64,000 nucleotides of DNA from Fibrobacteria bacterium. Its GTDB lineage: Bacteria; Fibrobacterota; Chitinivibrionia; Chitinivibrionales; FEN-1185. The DNA is taken from assembly GCA_037447435.1 (NCBI GenBank), contig JBBIGR010000006.1:94136-158135 (forward strand). Reading direction: 5' to 3'. Position numbers and translations under genes: made by a program. Within the stretch, counting starts at the first letter, position 1. Each line of letters opens with the position of its first letter. The notes under the pieces are model-generated. The model had not been told where the DNA came from, did not search any database, and saw nothing but the letters and a program-made list of their open reading frames with translations. Positions 31,337 to 42,163 of the stretch are shown here, piece after piece.

Positions 31337-32689
31337 TCACCGTTTTTCGATCCCGAGTTGAGAAATTTTCCTATGTAAATTTGTCCGCTGCAACCCGAGC
31401 ACTTCGGCTGTCCGCGGAATGTCCCAATTGTTCAATTCGAGCTGCGTCGTGACATAGCGCCGCTCGAGTTCGTCCTGGGCCGCGGACAAAAGCATGGGTT
31501 TTGTAAATATCGATTCGGAATCGTTTTTCGCGCCCTCTCCTATTCCTGCCGCATCTGCGCCGCTTATCCGGTTTCCCGCGGACATTATGGCCAAACGTTC
31601 CACGATGTTGCGAAGCTCGCGGATATTGCCGGGAAACGGCTGCGACATAAGCACGGCAAGCGCGTCCTGCGAAAGGAGTTTTTGCGTGATGCCGTTTTCC
31701 CGGCAATACACGCTCAGGAAATACTCTGCCAAGGCGGGGACATCCTCGCGACGCATTGCCAACGGAGGTACATGAATGGGAACCACATTGAGCCGGTAAT
31801 ACAGGTCTTGCCGGAATTTCGACTCTTCGATAAGTTTGAGCAGATCGCGATGCGTTGCCGCAATGATACGGACGTCGACGCGAATGGTTTTCGTTCCGCC
31901 GACCCGTTCGAATTCGCCTTCCTGAATCGCACGCAAAACCTTGGTTTGCGTCGCGAAATCCATATCGCCGATTTCATCGAGAAACAGCGTCCCTTTGTCG
32001 GCACACTCGAATTTTCCTTGTTTCGCGCTTATCGCACCGGTAAAGGATCCTTTTTCGTGGCCGAACAATTCGCTTTCGATGAGGTTTTGCGGTATTGCGG
32101 CGCAATTGACTTTGACGAACGGGCCCGCCGCGCGAGCGCTGTTTTTATGCAGCGCATAGGCGACCAGCTCCTTGCCGGTCCCACTTTCCCCGGTAATGAG
32201 CACCCGTCCGGACGTTGGGGCGACTTTTTGAATTTCACTGTTGATTTTTTGCAATGCGGGGCTTTTTCCGATCATCGCGTAGCGTTCGTCGTCGCGCTGG
32301 CGGAAGCTACGCAATTCGTCGCGATGTTTTTTCGCATCGGCCGCATGCCGCACGATTTGCTTGACTTCTATCATGGACAGCGGCTTTTGCAGGAAATGAT
32401 AGGCGCTGGCCTTTATCGCCCGCACCGCGGACTCGATGGTGCCATGCCCCGAAATCATGACGACCTCGCAGTATTGCGCCTGACCTTTAAGATCGGTCAA
32501 TAAAGTCAGGCCGTCTTTTTTGGGCATTTGTATGTCCACGAGCACGACGTCGGCACCGTCTTCGATAAAGCAGCGCAACCCTTGCTCCCCGTCTTCGGCC
32601 AACATGACGTCGTGACCTTCGTCGGTGAGTATTTCCGCCAGGGTCTTGCGGATATTTTCTTCGTCGTCAACTACGAGTATCTTCGACAT
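31337..32689 (-). CDS. Sigma54-dependent response regulator (NtrX-like)
   Basis: REC domain, [34 protein letters not shown], Fis-type HTH. Confidence 0.92.
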   Translation of the reverse strand: MSKILVVDDEENIRKTLAEILTDEGHDVMLAEDGEQGLRCFIEDGADVVLVDIQMPKKDGLTLLTDLKGQAQYCEVVMISGHGTIESAVRAIKASAYHFLQKPLSMIEVKQIVRHAADAKKHRDELRSFRQRDDERYAMIGKSPALQKINSEIQKVAPTSGRVLITGESGTGKELVAYALHKNSARAAGPFVKVNCAAIPQNLIESELFGHEKGSFTGAISAKQGKFECADKGTLFLDEIGDMDFATQTKVLRAIQEGEFERVGGTKTIRVDVRIIAATHRDLLKLIEESKFRQDLYYRLNVVPIHVPPLAMRREDVPALAEYFLSVYCRENGITQKLLSQDALAVLMSQPFPGNIRELRNIVERLAIMSAGNRISGADAAGIGEGAKNDSESIFTKPMLLSAAQDELERRYVTTQLELNNWDIPRTAEVLGLQRTNLHRKISQLGIEKR

Positions 32690-33866
32690 GGTACGGATCT
32701 TTCACGTTGAAAAGGATGGTGAAGGCTGTTTTTTCGCCCAACGTGCTTTCGCACGATATTTTACCGCCGTGTAAACTTATGATGCGTTCCGTAAGCGCCA
32801 AACCGATGCCGTTGCCGTGTTTCTTGGTAGTAAAGTACGGCTGAAAAAGCTTTTTCTGGTTTTCCTCGGAAATTCCGCAGCCGTTATCGGCAACCGTGAT
32901 TTGGACGTATTTGCCGGACAGCCCCGCTGTGACCGTCACGCTGCCTTGCCTGCCGCTTTCGGCAATTGCCTGTGCCGCATTCGTAAGCAGGTTCGAAAGT
33001 GCCTCCCGGATTTGGCCTTTGTCTACCTTGACTGCGGGAAGGTCCGGGGCGACAGAACAGGTCACGGGTATCGTGTCTTTGAACAGCGCGCATACGTCGA
33101 CGAGTATGTCCTGCAGGCGTTCGTCTTTGAGCACGGGATCGGGAAACTTCGCGTATTTATGAAACGTGTCGACGAGTTTTTGCATATTATCGATTTCGGC
33201 AAGAATCGTGGCCGTCGTACTTTTCATCACGTCGTCCAGGTCTTTACTTTGGTTTAAATACTTGTCGTACAATCGTTCGGTCGAAAGTTTTATGGGCGTT
33301 AGCGGGTTTTTTATCTCGTGGGCAATGATGCGCGCCACGCGTTGCCAGGTTGCACGCCGTTCGGCCATGATTTTTTCCTGACGGGCGACGAGCAATTTCT
33401 CGCCCATGGCGTTGAAGGCATCCACCAGTTTCCCGACTTCGCCCGAAGCCGTGTTTTCTATTTTATACTGTAAATTATCTTCCGAAAGCATGGCCGTGGC
33501 ATCGAGAAGGTTCCGCAAGGGCCGCGTGATGCGGGAAATGAAGAAATAGCCGACCACAAGGGATAATACCGTCACCGCGGCGATATAGCACATTGTAAAT
33601 AATACGACCTGATGCACGATGCTCTTTTTTAACACTCCGATTTGCCGGTATTCTTTTAATGCAAGCAACGCGTCCTGGCGCACGTCGTCGGTATGAAGAA
33701 GGTCTATGGAAGACGTGAGGGTCTTGTCGATCGCCTCGCTTTCGCCCAATTGGGCAAGCAGCGAGCTGGTTTTGACGTAATATACCCCGAGGGGCAATGT
33801 CGCGATAAGCACGACACACGCAAGGAGCAAAAACGTCTTTGTCTTGAGCGAGCGGTTTCTCATCAT
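32667..33866 (-). CDS. HAMP sensor histidine kinase (NtrY-like)
   Basis: Two TM helices, HAMP, WQRVARIIAHEIKNPLTPIKLS H-box, HATPase. Confidence 0.9.
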   Translation of the reverse strand: MMRNRSLKTKTFLLLACVVLIATLPLGVYYVKTSSLLAQLGESEAIDKTLTSSIDLLHTDDVRQDALLALKEYRQIGVLKKSIVHQVVLFTMCYIAAVTVLSLVVGYFFISRITRPLRNLLDATAMLSEDNLQYKIENTASGEVGKLVDAFNAMGEKLLVARQEKIMAERRATWQRVARIIAHEIKNPLTPIKLSTERLYDKYLNQSKDLDDVMKSTTATILAEIDNMQKLVDTFHKYAKFPDPVLKDERLQDILVDVCALFKDTIPVTCSVAPDLPAVKVDKGQIREALSNLLTNAAQAIAESGRQGSVTVTAGLSGKYVQITVADNGCGISEENQKKLFQPYFTTKKHGNGIGLALTERIISLHGGKISCESTLGEKTAFTILFNVKDPYHVEDTRS

Positions 33867-33869
33867 AGG

Positions 33870-34454
33870 CTATTTTCCCGCTTCCGTCATAAATTGCGAA
33901 CCGGCAAACGATTCGGTTTTGAGGCTCGGCCGTTTATAATTCCAGAAATACATCAAATCGATAGTGTTGTTTTGCAACGCCTCGACCCTTGTTTTGCCGA
34001 GTACGGAATACAGTACGAAATAATACGCTTTATCGCGGGAGAGGTTTTGCGCCGGCGAAACGGGAATCTTCTTGAAACGCGCCGCATCCGCAAGTGCGGA
34101 GTCTACATTGACAAAGTAGACAGTGTCGTTTTGCACGCTGTGAATGATGCGAAACATGCGGGTCGCCAGATCGTAGTCGCATCTGCTTTCGACCGCGGTC
34201 GCGGCGATAACGCTGTCGCTGCCCTGCTGTTTCAAATCGGCAAACATATACAGCAATATCGGGGTTCCCGAAGCGGCAAGCTTTTTTAGCTCGGGCGTAA
34301 AGGCATTTGAAACAGAGCAGCTTACCGAAACGGCACGATTGACTACATGCACGGTCATGCCGGAAATTCGTACCGGTTGTGCATCCGGAGATATGTATCC
34401 GCCCATGAAAACGAGGCTTTTAACCGCTATGATCAGACCTGCGATAAAATCCAT
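33870..34454 (-). CDS. DUF4390-like exported protein
   Basis: Beta-rich exported protein (LAASGTPI, YDLATRMFRI) upstream of the ntrYX-like pair, the usual DUF4390 position. Confidence 0.6.
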   Translation of the reverse strand: MDFIAGLIIAVKSLVFMGGYISPDAQPVRISGMTVHVVNRAVSVSCSVSNAFTPELKKLAASGTPILLYMFADLKQQGSDSVIAATAVESRCDYDLATRMFRIIHSVQNDTVYFVNVDSALADAARFKKIPVSPAQNLSRDKAYYFVLYSVLGKTRVEALQNNTIDLMYFWNYKRPSLKTESFAGSQFMTEAGK

Positions 34455-34590
34455 TTGATTTAACCACGCGCTTCGAAGCGGGATAAGTGGTCCTTGTGAT
34501 TTTACCTACGCTTTGGCGTAGCTCATATTAATATTGCTTCTAAAGATAATCGATATTCACCCGGGTTTTAAAAACTATTCACGCATAAAT

Positions 34591-34622
34591 AAAAAACGTC
34601 CGGCACTGCGCCGGACGTTTTT
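34591..34622 (-). terminator. Intrinsic terminator after serA
   Basis: AAAAAACGTCCGGC-ACTGC-GCCGGACGTTTTT. Confidence 0.85.
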
Positions 34623-34661
34623 CAGACTTGAAATCGGAAACGGTACGTTTAGGAAACGTTT

Positions 34662-35837
34662 TTAGGCGGATTTTTCCAAAACGCGAACCAGGATGATTCC
34701 GCTAATCGCCTTGAGCTTGTTGAGCGTGCCTTCGCCGATCGCACCGTCGATGTCGATGATATTATACGCCAGATCACCTTTACTTTTATTAATCATATCG
34801 GCGATGTTGATTTTTTCCGAGGCTAAAAGAGAAGTAATTTGACCGACCATGTTGGGAATATTGCGATTACCCACAAGCAGGCGCGTTTTTCCCGAGGGTT
34901 CCATTTCGCAATCCGGAAAATTGACCGAGTTCTTGATATTGCCGTATTCGAGGAAATTCTTGATTTGATTGACAGCCATGATTGCGCAATTATCCTCGGC
35001 TTCGGGCGTGGACGCACCGAGATGCGGCATCGGAATGACATTGTCCATTTTAAGCAATTCTTCGTCGGGAAAATCCGTGACATAGGACGAAACGATGCCT
35101 TCTTTGATCGCTTCCTTGAGATCCTCGTTGTTGACAAGTCCGCCGCGCGCAAAATTAAGGATGCGAACGCCTTTTTTCATCAACGCGAATTTGTCTTTGT
35201 TGATCATTCCCTTTGTTTTGTCGTTGAGCGGCAAATGCAGGGTGATATAATCGGACTTGGCTATCAGGCTGTCGAGCGACAATGCCCGTTTGACCGTACG
35301 GGACAATTCCCAGGCTGCCTCGACGGAAATAATGGGGTCGAAACCGGTCACTTCCATGCCAAGGGCTACGGCATCGTTTGCGACCCGAACGCCGATCGCT
35401 CCGAGCCCGATAATGCCGAGACGTTTGCCTTTTATTTCGGGCCCTTCGAAATTCGTTTTGCCTTTTTCGATGAGTTTGGGCACTTCGTCGCCTTTGCCGA
35501 CAAGCGATTTTGCCCAAGCAATCCCCTGATAAACCTTGCGCGACGATAACAGCAATGCGGTGATGACCAGTTCCTTGACGCTGTTGGCGTTTGCGCCCGG
35601 CGTATTCATGACGACAATGCCTTTTGAAGAACATTTATCGATGGGTATGTTATTGACGCCTGCGCCAGCGCGGGCAATTGCCTTTGTCGTTTCGGCGAAT
35701 TTGGTTTCGTGCATATCGGCACTGCGGACAAGCACGGCATCGGGATGCATGATCTCGGATGCGATTTCGTAATTCTCCCGAGGAAAAATTTCAAGGCCTA
35801 TGGTGGATATCTTATTCAAGGTTTGTATTTTGAACAT
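34662..35837 (-). CDS. serA: D-3-phosphoglycerate dehydrogenase with ACT domain
   Basis: ARAGAGVNNI, GLGAIG, NFARGGLV, PHLGASTPEAE, C-terminal ACT; adjacent to serC. Confidence 0.92.
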   Translation of the reverse strand: MFKIQTLNKISTIGLEIFPRENYEIASEIMHPDAVLVRSADMHETKFAETTKAIARAGAGVNNIPIDKCSSKGIVVMNTPGANANSVKELVITALLLSSRKVYQGIAWAKSLVGKGDEVPKLIEKGKTNFEGPEIKGKRLGIIGLGAIGVRVANDAVALGMEVTGFDPIISVEAAWELSRTVKRALSLDSLIAKSDYITLHLPLNDKTKGMINKDKFALMKKGVRILNFARGGLVNNEDLKEAIKEGIVSSYVTDFPDEELLKMDNVIPMPHLGASTPEAEDNCAIMAVNQIKNFLEYGNIKNSVNFPDCEMEPSGKTRLLVGNRNIPNMVGQITSLLASEKINIADMINKSKGDLAYNIIDIDGAIGEGTLNKLKAISGIILVRVLEKSA

Positions 35838-35922
35838 ATGCAGTTCTCCTTTTTTGATTATGTACCCGCCTCACTTCTTTTCCCACATCCCGGTGACATG
35901 AGATGAGACGGTACTAATTAAA

Positions 35923-37005
35923 TTACTTATTCCCCATTTCAAATTTCTTCAGAAATTCCACGAGTTTCTTGACACCGTCGACGGGCATTGCATTGTAAAT
36001 GCTCGCACGTAAACCTCCGACGCTCCGGTGGCCCTTGAGCTGCACCAGTCCGGCAGCTTTTAATTCCTTAAGGCATTTTTCCGTAAGCTCGTCGGTCGGG
36101 AGCGTGAACGGCACGTTCATGAGCGAACGATCGGCTTTGTCGGCAGTGCCTTTGAACATGGCTGAATTGTCGAGGAATTCATAGAGAATTCCCGCTTTTT
36201 CCACATTGATTTTGTACATTGCGGGAACTCCGCCCATGGCAAGCATCCATTCGAAAACGAGCTTTGCAATGTAGATACCGTACGTCGGCGGCGTATTGTA
36301 CAACGACCCTTCTTTCGCATGCACATCGTAATTGAACATGGTCGGCGTGACTGCAAGGGCTTTACCGAGCAGATCTTCACGAATAATAACGACGGTGACG
36401 CCCGCCGGTCCGATGTTCTTTTGCGCACCCGCGTAAATGAGACCGAATTTCGTCACATCCATGGGTTCGGAAAGGATATTGGACGACATATCGGCGACCA
36501 AAGGCACGGAACCGGTTTCGGGGAACGCCGAGAATTTGGTACCTTCGATGGTATTGTTACTGGTGATGTGCACATAGCTTGCCGCAGGATTGAACATTCC
36601 TTTCGTCAGTTTAGGAATATAGCTGTAATTGCGATCTTCGGAGCTGGCCACAACAGTGGCTTTGCCGTATTTCTTGGCCTCGGAAATTGCTTTTTTAGAC
36701 CATGTCCCGGTATTGATGAAATCGGCGCTGCCGTTTTCGCCAAGAAGATTAAGCGGCACCATGGCAAATTGACTGGATGCGCCGCCCTGCAAAAACAGGA
36801 CCTTGTAATTGTTCGGTATAGCCATCAGCGACCGGAGGCTCGCTTCGGCACCGCCGATGATTGCCTCATAATCCTTTGACCGATGGCTCATTTCCATGAC
36901 CGACATGCCGGTGCCGTTATATTCGACCAATTCGGATGCGGCTTTTTTAAGTACCGGCTCGGGAAGAACCGCGGGTCCTGCAGAAAAATTATACACACGC
37001 GCCAT
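35923..37005 (-). CDS. serC: Phosphoserine aminotransferase
   Basis: NFSAGPAVLP, MEMSHRS, DMSS, GAQKNIGPAG, GHRSVGGLRASIYNA. Confidence 0.97.
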   Translation of the reverse strand: MARVYNFSAGPAVLPEPVLKKAASELVEYNGTGMSVMEMSHRSKDYEAIIGGAEASLRSLMAIPNNYKVLFLQGGASSQFAMVPLNLLGENGSADFINTGTWSKKAISEAKKYGKATVVASSEDRNYSYIPKLTKGMFNPAASYVHITSNNTIEGTKFSAFPETGSVPLVADMSSNILSEPMDVTKFGLIYAGAQKNIGPAGVTVVIIREDLLGKALAVTPTMFNYDVHAKEGSLYNTPPTYGIYIAKLVFEWMLAMGGVPAMYKINVEKAGILYEFLDNSAMFKGTADKADRSLMNVPFTLPTDELTEKCLKELKAAGLVQLKGHRSVGGLRASIYNAMPVDGVKKLVEFLKKFEMGNK

Positions 37006-37047
37006 GGTAAACTCCTTTGTAACTGTGTGAATTATTTATAATGTGAA

Positions 37048-37698
37048 TTACGTGTTTTCCGAATCGTTAATCGCCATAAGCGTTGACAGCAACGAACTCT
37101 CGCCGAGCAGGTCCATGTTTCTGAACATGACCGTTTTCCGTATCCGAAGCGAGCAGGGCGAGAAATTGATAATGCCCCTGATGCCGCCTTCGGTGAGACG
37201 ATCGGCTGTTTCCTGCGCCGCTTTTTCGGGCACCGCGATGACGCCGATTTCGATGCCTTTCCGTTTGACCACATCGGCAATTTCGTGAGCAGGGTACAAT
37301 TCGATCGTCGATTTGATTGTTTCCAATTTGTTAATATTGGAATCGAACCCTGCGACAACCATGAACCCCCGGTCGTGAAAATCGCTGTAATGGAGGATTG
37401 CCGTTCCGAGCCGGCCCAATCCCACAACGCATAATTTTCTTTTTCTATCGAGATCCAGTTTTTTCCGAATATGCTCTTTTAATTTTACAACATCGTAACC
37501 GCCGCCGTAATTTCCGATTTCACCCAAATAGCTGACATCCTTACGTATACTGTCTGCTTTTACTCCCAATCGCCGGCCTATGTCGGATGAAGAAACCGAT
37601 ACAACTTTTTCCTGTTCATACCTATCCAATAACCGCGAAACATTGAGGAGACGGGAAAGGGATGGTAATGGAATATCTTTTTTATTTTTACCTTGCAT
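37048..37698 (-). CDS. rex: Redox-sensing transcriptional repressor Rex
   Basis: wHTH (VSSSDIG..IRKDVSYLGEIG..GGGY), VVGLGRLG Rossmann motif, IINFSP; ATG 37698. Confidence 0.93.
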   Translation of the reverse strand: MQGKNKKDIPLPSLSRLLNVSRLLDRYEQEKVVSVSSSDIGRRLGVKADSIRKDVSYLGEIGNYGGGYDVVKLKEHIRKKLDLDRKRKLCVVGLGRLGTAILHYSDFHDRGFMVVAGFDSNINKLETIKSTIELYPAHEIADVVKRKGIEIGVIAVPEKAAQETADRLTEGGIRGIINFSPCSLRIRKTVMFRNMDLLGESSLLSTLMAINDSENT

Positions 37699-37705
37699 AA
37701 GCCAC

Positions 37706-37723
37706 CTGTGATCTGTTTCACTA
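37706..37723. promoter_or_regulatory. Rex-type operator 1, overlapping the rex translation-start region
   Basis: CTGTGATCTGTTTCACTA versus consensus TTGTGAA-N4-TTCACAA. Confidence 0.65.
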
Positions 37724-37835
37724 AATATACAAACTTTTCGTGCCGGCGTCAATGCCTTTCTGAATATTAAAAGCAAAACAGTGTATTAAAACAATAATAT
37801 TAATTGCAACACATTGATATACATAACTACATTTC

Positions 37836-37853
37836 CTGTGATCGATTTCACAA
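37836..37853. promoter_or_regulatory. Rex-type operator 2
   Basis: CTGTGATCGATTTCACAA (TGTGA-N6-TCACA core; also fits a CRP-type site). Confidence 0.72.
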
Positions 37854-37963
37854 AGTTTTGATTTTCAATTAGACAAAGATAATAAAAGTGCCTCTTATAA
37901 CTTTAAACTTTTGTTCATTTCACGTTTCTATACCTATATAGCGGTTCAACTTATTCTTAATAT

Positions 37964-37979
37964 GGGAACAAGTTTTGCT
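37964..37979 (+). promoter_or_regulatory. Candidate sigma54 promoter for the MFS gene
   Basis: GGGAACAAGTTTTGCT with GG(37965-66) and GC(37977-78) at -24/-12 spacing. Confidence 0.35.
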
Positions 37980-38048
37980 CAATACTAACTCAGGAAGCGA
38001 AAACCTAGTATTTTGATCGTGTTGTCCAGGTAGAACCGGAGATCTGAA

Positions 38049-39395
38049 ATGGATAAGACTGCAATGAAGCGCATTCCGATTGCCGTCATCATGCTCGGAG
38101 TCGTCAGCTTATTTACCGATGCTGCCACGGAAATGATTTATCCACTCATTCCGATGTATGTTGCGGCGCTCGGATCCGGAGCGATGATACTTGGCATTAT
38201 TGAAGGCGTCGCAGAAACAACCGCCGCAATGTTGAAACTTGTCAGCGGGATCATTTCCGATAAGATCGGCAAAAGAAAATTGCTGGTTTTGATCGGATAT
38301 TCGATTTCGACCCTGTCGCGTCCGTTTACCGGTGCGGTATCCGCAGCGTGGGAAATCGTATTTGTACGAATGCTCGATCGCGTCGGCAAAGGAATCCGCA
38401 CTGCGCCGCGTGACGCATTGATAGCGTCGGCAGTCGACGAAAGCATCCGTGGCAAGTCGTACGGTTTTCATAGGGCAATGGACAATACCGGCGCCGTAGT
38501 CGGACCGATGCTTGCCATTGCGACGCTCCTGATCGTCATACTCGGTTTCAAAGTAACCGATTCGCTTGTCGCTTTGCGTTGGACATTCATATTGTCCATT
38601 ATACCGGGATTACTTGCGGTTTTAACCATTGTCGTTTTCGTTACGGAGCCCCGAAACGTTATAAAGAGCGCAAAGCCATTTTCTTTTTCATTACGCAATT
38701 TCGACGCGAATTTCAAATCGTTTCTCATCATTATGGTTTTGTTCACTCTCGGTAATTCCTCGGACGCGTTTTTGCTCTTTCGCGTCGAAGAGGCAATTCA
38801 GAAAAACGGCGTCGTTGTCGCAATGGTCAATAACATCCGGCCGTTCCACGACATGCTCGTTCTTTTCGGGAGCCCCGAGAAACAGGCATTGTTGATAAAC
38901 ATCCTTTTCCTGCCGCTTTTGTGGGCGTTTTTCCATGTCATCAAGGTGATTTTTTCAACCCCGCTGGGCGCGTTGTCGGACAAAATCGGCAGAAAAACCG
39001 TGATTACAATCGGATGGTCAATTTATGCTTTTGTCTATTTCGCCTTCTCCTTTTTGACATTGTTGCCCGGCAATGTTCAAATCGCGGCGACGTTTGTCCT
39101 TTTTGCCATTTATGCCCTGTATTATGCATTTTCCGAGGGGACTGAAAAGGCGTTTGTCGCGGACCTCGTTTCGGAAGAAAACAGAGGAACGGCATTCGGT
39201 CTGTATAATTTCGCCATCGGAATTTCCGCGCTTCCGGCAAGCGTGGTGTTCGGCTTTTTATACAGTTTCTTTAATGTAAAGCTCCCCGGCCTCGGCGGCA
39301 GCATCGCCTTCGGTTTCGGCGGTATGCTGGCTTTGATTTCTATGGCACTGCTTTCCGTTATGGTAAGGGAAAAAAGATCGCGCCTCACCCGTTAA
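38049..39395 (+). CDS. MFS transporter
   Basis: About 12 TM helices, SDKIGKRK motif [26 protein letters not shown]. Confidence 0.92.
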   Translation: MDKTAMKRIPIAVIMLGVVSLFTDAATEMIYPLIPMYVAALGSGAMILGIIEGVAETTAAMLKLVSGIISDKIGKRKLLVLIGYSISTLSRPFTGAVSAAWEIVFVRMLDRVGKGIRTAPRDALIASAVDESIRGKSYGFHRAMDNTGAVVGPMLAIATLLIVILGFKVTDSLVALRWTFILSIIPGLLAVLTIVVFVTEPRNVIKSAKPFSFSLRNFDANFKSFLIIMVLFTLGNSSDAFLLFRVEEAIQKNGVVVAMVNNIRPFHDMLVLFGSPEKQALLINILFLPLLWAFFHVIKVIFSTPLGALSDKIGRKTVITIGWSIYAFVYFAFSFLTLLPGNVQIAATFVLFAIYALYYAFSEGTEKAFVADLVSEENRGTAFGLYNFAIGISALPASVVFGFLYSFFNVKLPGLGGSIAFGFGGMLALISMALLSVMVREKRSRLTR

Positions 39396-39405
39396 GGAGG
39401 TCTGT

Positions 39406-39972
39406 ATGAGAAAGGTTATTTTTGCAATCAATAGTACTGCCGACGGTTACTGCAGCCACACGGACGGGATTGTCGACGAGGAGTTGCACGGCTTCTTTTC
39501 CGGGCTGTTGCGAAATGCGAGCATAATCCTCTTTGGCCGGGTCACCTATCAACTCATGGTTCCCTATTGGCCCGACATCGCCAAGAGCCAATCGGAGTCG
39601 GCGGCAATCAACGAGTTCGCTCGGGTGTTTAACTCTCTCGATAAGGTCGTGTTCTCCACGACCTTGACACATGCCGAGGAAAACAACGCGAAAATCGTGC
39701 GCGCAAACGTCGCCCAAGAAGTGCTCGAACTAAAGCAGCAGCCCGGAAAAGACATTGCCGTAGGCAGTTTGAGCATTGCCTCCCAGCTTTCGGCCGCCGG
39801 TTTAATTGACGAGTATCATTTCGTGGTCCACCCGGTTCTTTCCGGTAAAGGACCGCGATTATTCGACACCGTGCCTTTGCAGGAGCGGCTTTTGTTGGAC
39901 TTTATCGGTTTGAAAACCTTTCGATCCGGCGTCGTTGCCCTTCACTACAGAAAGCGAATAACCCCTGTATGA
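39406..39972 (+). CDS. Dihydrofolate-reductase-like (RibD C-terminal) protein
   Basis: [33 protein letters not shown]...[11 protein letters not shown]. Confidence 0.9.
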   Translation: MRKVIFAINSTADGYCSHTDGIVDEELHGFFSGLLRNASIILFGRVTYQLMVPYWPDIAKSQSESAAINEFARVFNSLDKVVFSTTLTHAEENNAKIVRANVAQEVLELKQQPGKDIAVGSLSIASQLSAAGLIDEYHFVVHPVLSGKGPRLFDTVPLQERLLLDFIGLKTFRSGVVALHYRKRITPV

Positions 39973-39985
39973 GAGGAGCCGTACG

Positions 39986-40351
39986 ATGAAAGACGTGTAT
40001 GTTGATTTAAAGCAATACTTCAGCCTGATCGATAGCGCAGTTGTATGCGAAGGCAAAGGTGCGCAAGGAATTAAATATGCAAACAAGATATTTGCCATGT
40101 TTTATAAGGGAGATCTTATTTTGAAATTTAGCCCCGAAAGGGTTGTTGAATTAATAAAATCGGGCAAAGGAATTCCACATGCTCCGGGCACCGGAAAACC
40201 AATGAAGGACTGGGTAGCAATTCCTCATGCCAACAGTAAGGCATGGGTAGACCTGGCAACGGAATCTTTTAAATATGTAAACGACCACATAAACAATCGA
40301 GGAAACCATGTACGCTCCCCACGAAAACCGATACGAGTCGATGCGGTATAA
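39986..40351 (+). CDS. Small TfoX/YjbR-like hypothetical protein
   Basis: KIFAMF..DLILKF..RV.ELI..G.G....G.GKPMKDWVAI; GGAG RBS; overlaps the next gene by 44 nt. Confidence 0.65.
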   Translation: MKDVYVDLKQYFSLIDSAVVCEGKGAQGIKYANKIFAMFYKGDLILKFSPERVVELIKSGKGIPHAPGTGKPMKDWVAIPHANSKAWVDLATESFKYVNDHINNRGNHVRSPRKPIRVDAV

Positions 40352-41297
40352 CCGTTGCGGCAAAAGCGGATTGAAATTGCCGGCCATTTCCCTTGGTTTA
40401 TGGCATAATTTCGGCGGAGTTGACAATTTTGATAACAGCCGTTCGATGGCGCTTTATGCATTTGACAAGGGAATCACTTATTTCGACCTTGCAAACAATT
40501 ACGGGCCGCCGCCCGGTTCCGCAGAAGAGACGTTCAGCAACATCCTGCGGCAGGACCTTGGCCGGTTCCGCGACGAACTGATCATTTCGTCGAAGGCCGG
40601 TTATTTGATGTGGCCCGGGCCGTACGGAGAATGGGGATCGCGAAAATATCTTATCGCAAGCTGCGACCAGACGCTTCGTCGTTTGGGCCTGGACTATGTG
40701 GACATATTTTACCATCACCGTCCCGACCCGAAAACCCCGCTTGAGGAAAGCATGGCGGCCCTTGACCAAATCGTCAGAAGCGGCAAGGCGTTATATGCCG
40801 GCATATCGAATTACCCCCCGGACCTTACGGTAAAAGCCGCGGCGATTCTGAAAAAACTCGGCACCCCGTGTCTGATCCATCAAACTTGTTACAATTTGCT
40901 GGACCGCGAAGCGGAACAAGGCCTTCTTGCCACGCTCGGAAAAGAAGGCATCGGCTGCATCGTGTTTTCGCCCCTTGCCCAGGGAATATTGACAAATAAA
41001 TACCTCGGCGGAATACCGAAAGACTCCCGGGCCGCAAAACCGCACGGGTTTTTAAAGCCGGATGACATAACCCCATTGGTTATAAAAAAAGTAGCCGCGC
41101 TCGGCGAACTGGCACAATCGCGTGGTCAGACCCTCGCGCAAATGGCATTGGCATGGGTGCTTCGTCATGCAACCGTGACTTCGGCGATTGTCGGCGCAAG
41201 CCGTATTTCGCATATCGACGACGCAGTCAATACGCTCAAATGCCTCTCATTTACAACCGATGAATTGAAGGCCGTCGATTCGGTGCTTTGCGATTAG
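40308..41297 (+). CDS. gpr: Aldo/keto reductase, L-glyceraldehyde-3-phosphate reductase (YghZ/Gpr/MgrA)
   Basis: GLKLPAISLGLWHNFG, FDLANNYGPPPGSAE, SKAGY.MWPGPYGEWGSRKYL. Confidence 0.9.
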   Translation: MYAPHENRYESMRYNRCGKSGLKLPAISLGLWHNFGGVDNFDNSRSMALYAFDKGITYFDLANNYGPPPGSAEETFSNILRQDLGRFRDELIISSKAGYLMWPGPYGEWGSRKYLIASCDQTLRRLGLDYVDIFYHHRPDPKTPLEESMAALDQIVRSGKALYAGISNYPPDLTVKAAAILKKLGTPCLIHQTCYNLLDREAEQGLLATLGKEGIGCIVFSPLAQGILTNKYLGGIPKDSRAAKPHGFLKPDDITPLVIKKVAALGELAQSRGQTLAQMALAWVLRHATVTSAIVGASRISHIDDAVNTLKCLSFTTDELKAVDSVLCD

Positions 41298-41312
41298 TTC
41301 GATTCTTTGCTC

Positions 41313-42161
41313 TTAAATGGTTTTCCCCGCAGCCCTGAGTTTTTTGCTTATTGCGAAAAATGCCGCAGCAACAAGCAACAGAGCGAGTAACGTCGCGATG
41401 ATGGACGGGCCTGCGGCAAAATCGGCGCGCAACGACAGTTCCAAACCTAATACGCATCCGGCAATACCGATAACCCAGCCGAAAACGACCCGTTGAATCG
41501 TTCCCTTTGCGCTGATCATCGCCGTTATCGCAGGAATGATAAGCAACGAGAAAATCAACAGCACGCCCGCAACCTTTACGGAAGATGTTACCACAATACC
41601 GAACGTCGCATAAAAAACTATATCCCACACCCACAGCCGGACTTTTTGCCGCGTCGCCATTTCGGGGTTTTCTGAAATGACAAACAGTTTTTTACGGCAA
41701 AAGAAATGAATGATGCCGACCGCGGCCACGATAGCGCCCAAGAGTGTAACGTCGTGCCATGAAACCGTTACTATTGTTCCAACCAGCATTTCTTTTATAT
41801 GCTCCGTTCCGGTGGCCGATTTCTCGAGCACCAAAAGCGACAAGGCGATGGCACCTGCATAGGAAATGCCGATCAAAGCTTCCATGGGCGCAACGTTCTG
41901 GCTTTTCCGCAAAAATGCAAACAGCACCGCGCCGCCAAGGGTAAATGCCAGGCTGATGCAGAAATTGAGCACCGGCGCATTTTCACCCCAACCCAGCAGG
42001 ATACCGACACTGGCGCCGAGCGCTGCAATTTGCGAAAGGGAAAGGTCGACGAATATAACGCCGCGCTGGACAACATGGTAACCGAAATAAGTATGGATAC
42101 CCGCCAAAATCAGGCAAACGGCCAACGCCGGCAGCATAAAGGAATAATGAAATATCATCAT
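41313..42161 (-). CDS. Metal ABC-3 family permease (ZnuB/MntB-like)
   Basis: GYHVVQRGVIFVDLSLSQIAALG, EALIG, GVLLIFSLLIIPA; multiple TM helices. Confidence 0.88.
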   Translation of the reverse strand: MMIFHYSFMLPALAVCLILAGIHTYFGYHVVQRGVIFVDLSLSQIAALGASVGILLGWGENAPVLNFCISLAFTLGGAVLFAFLRKSQNVAPMEALIGISYAGAIALSLLVLEKSATGTEHIKEMLVGTIVTVSWHDVTLLGAIVAAVGIIHFFCRKKLFVISENPEMATRQKVRLWVWDIVFYATFGIVVTSSVKVAGVLLIFSLLIIPAITAMISAKGTIQRVVFGWVIGIAGCVLGLELSLRADFAAGPSIIATLLALLLVAAAFFAISKKLRAAGKTI

Positions 42162-42163
42162 GA

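Noticed and set aside
37024..37045. Third Rex box between rex and serC
   Set aside because: Only a TGTGAA half-site; spacing and the right arm do not fit.
39406..40351. Integron-like cassettes (small DHFR-like and TfoX-like genes)
   Set aside because: Genes are tightly packed with no attC-like spacers, and there is no integrase.
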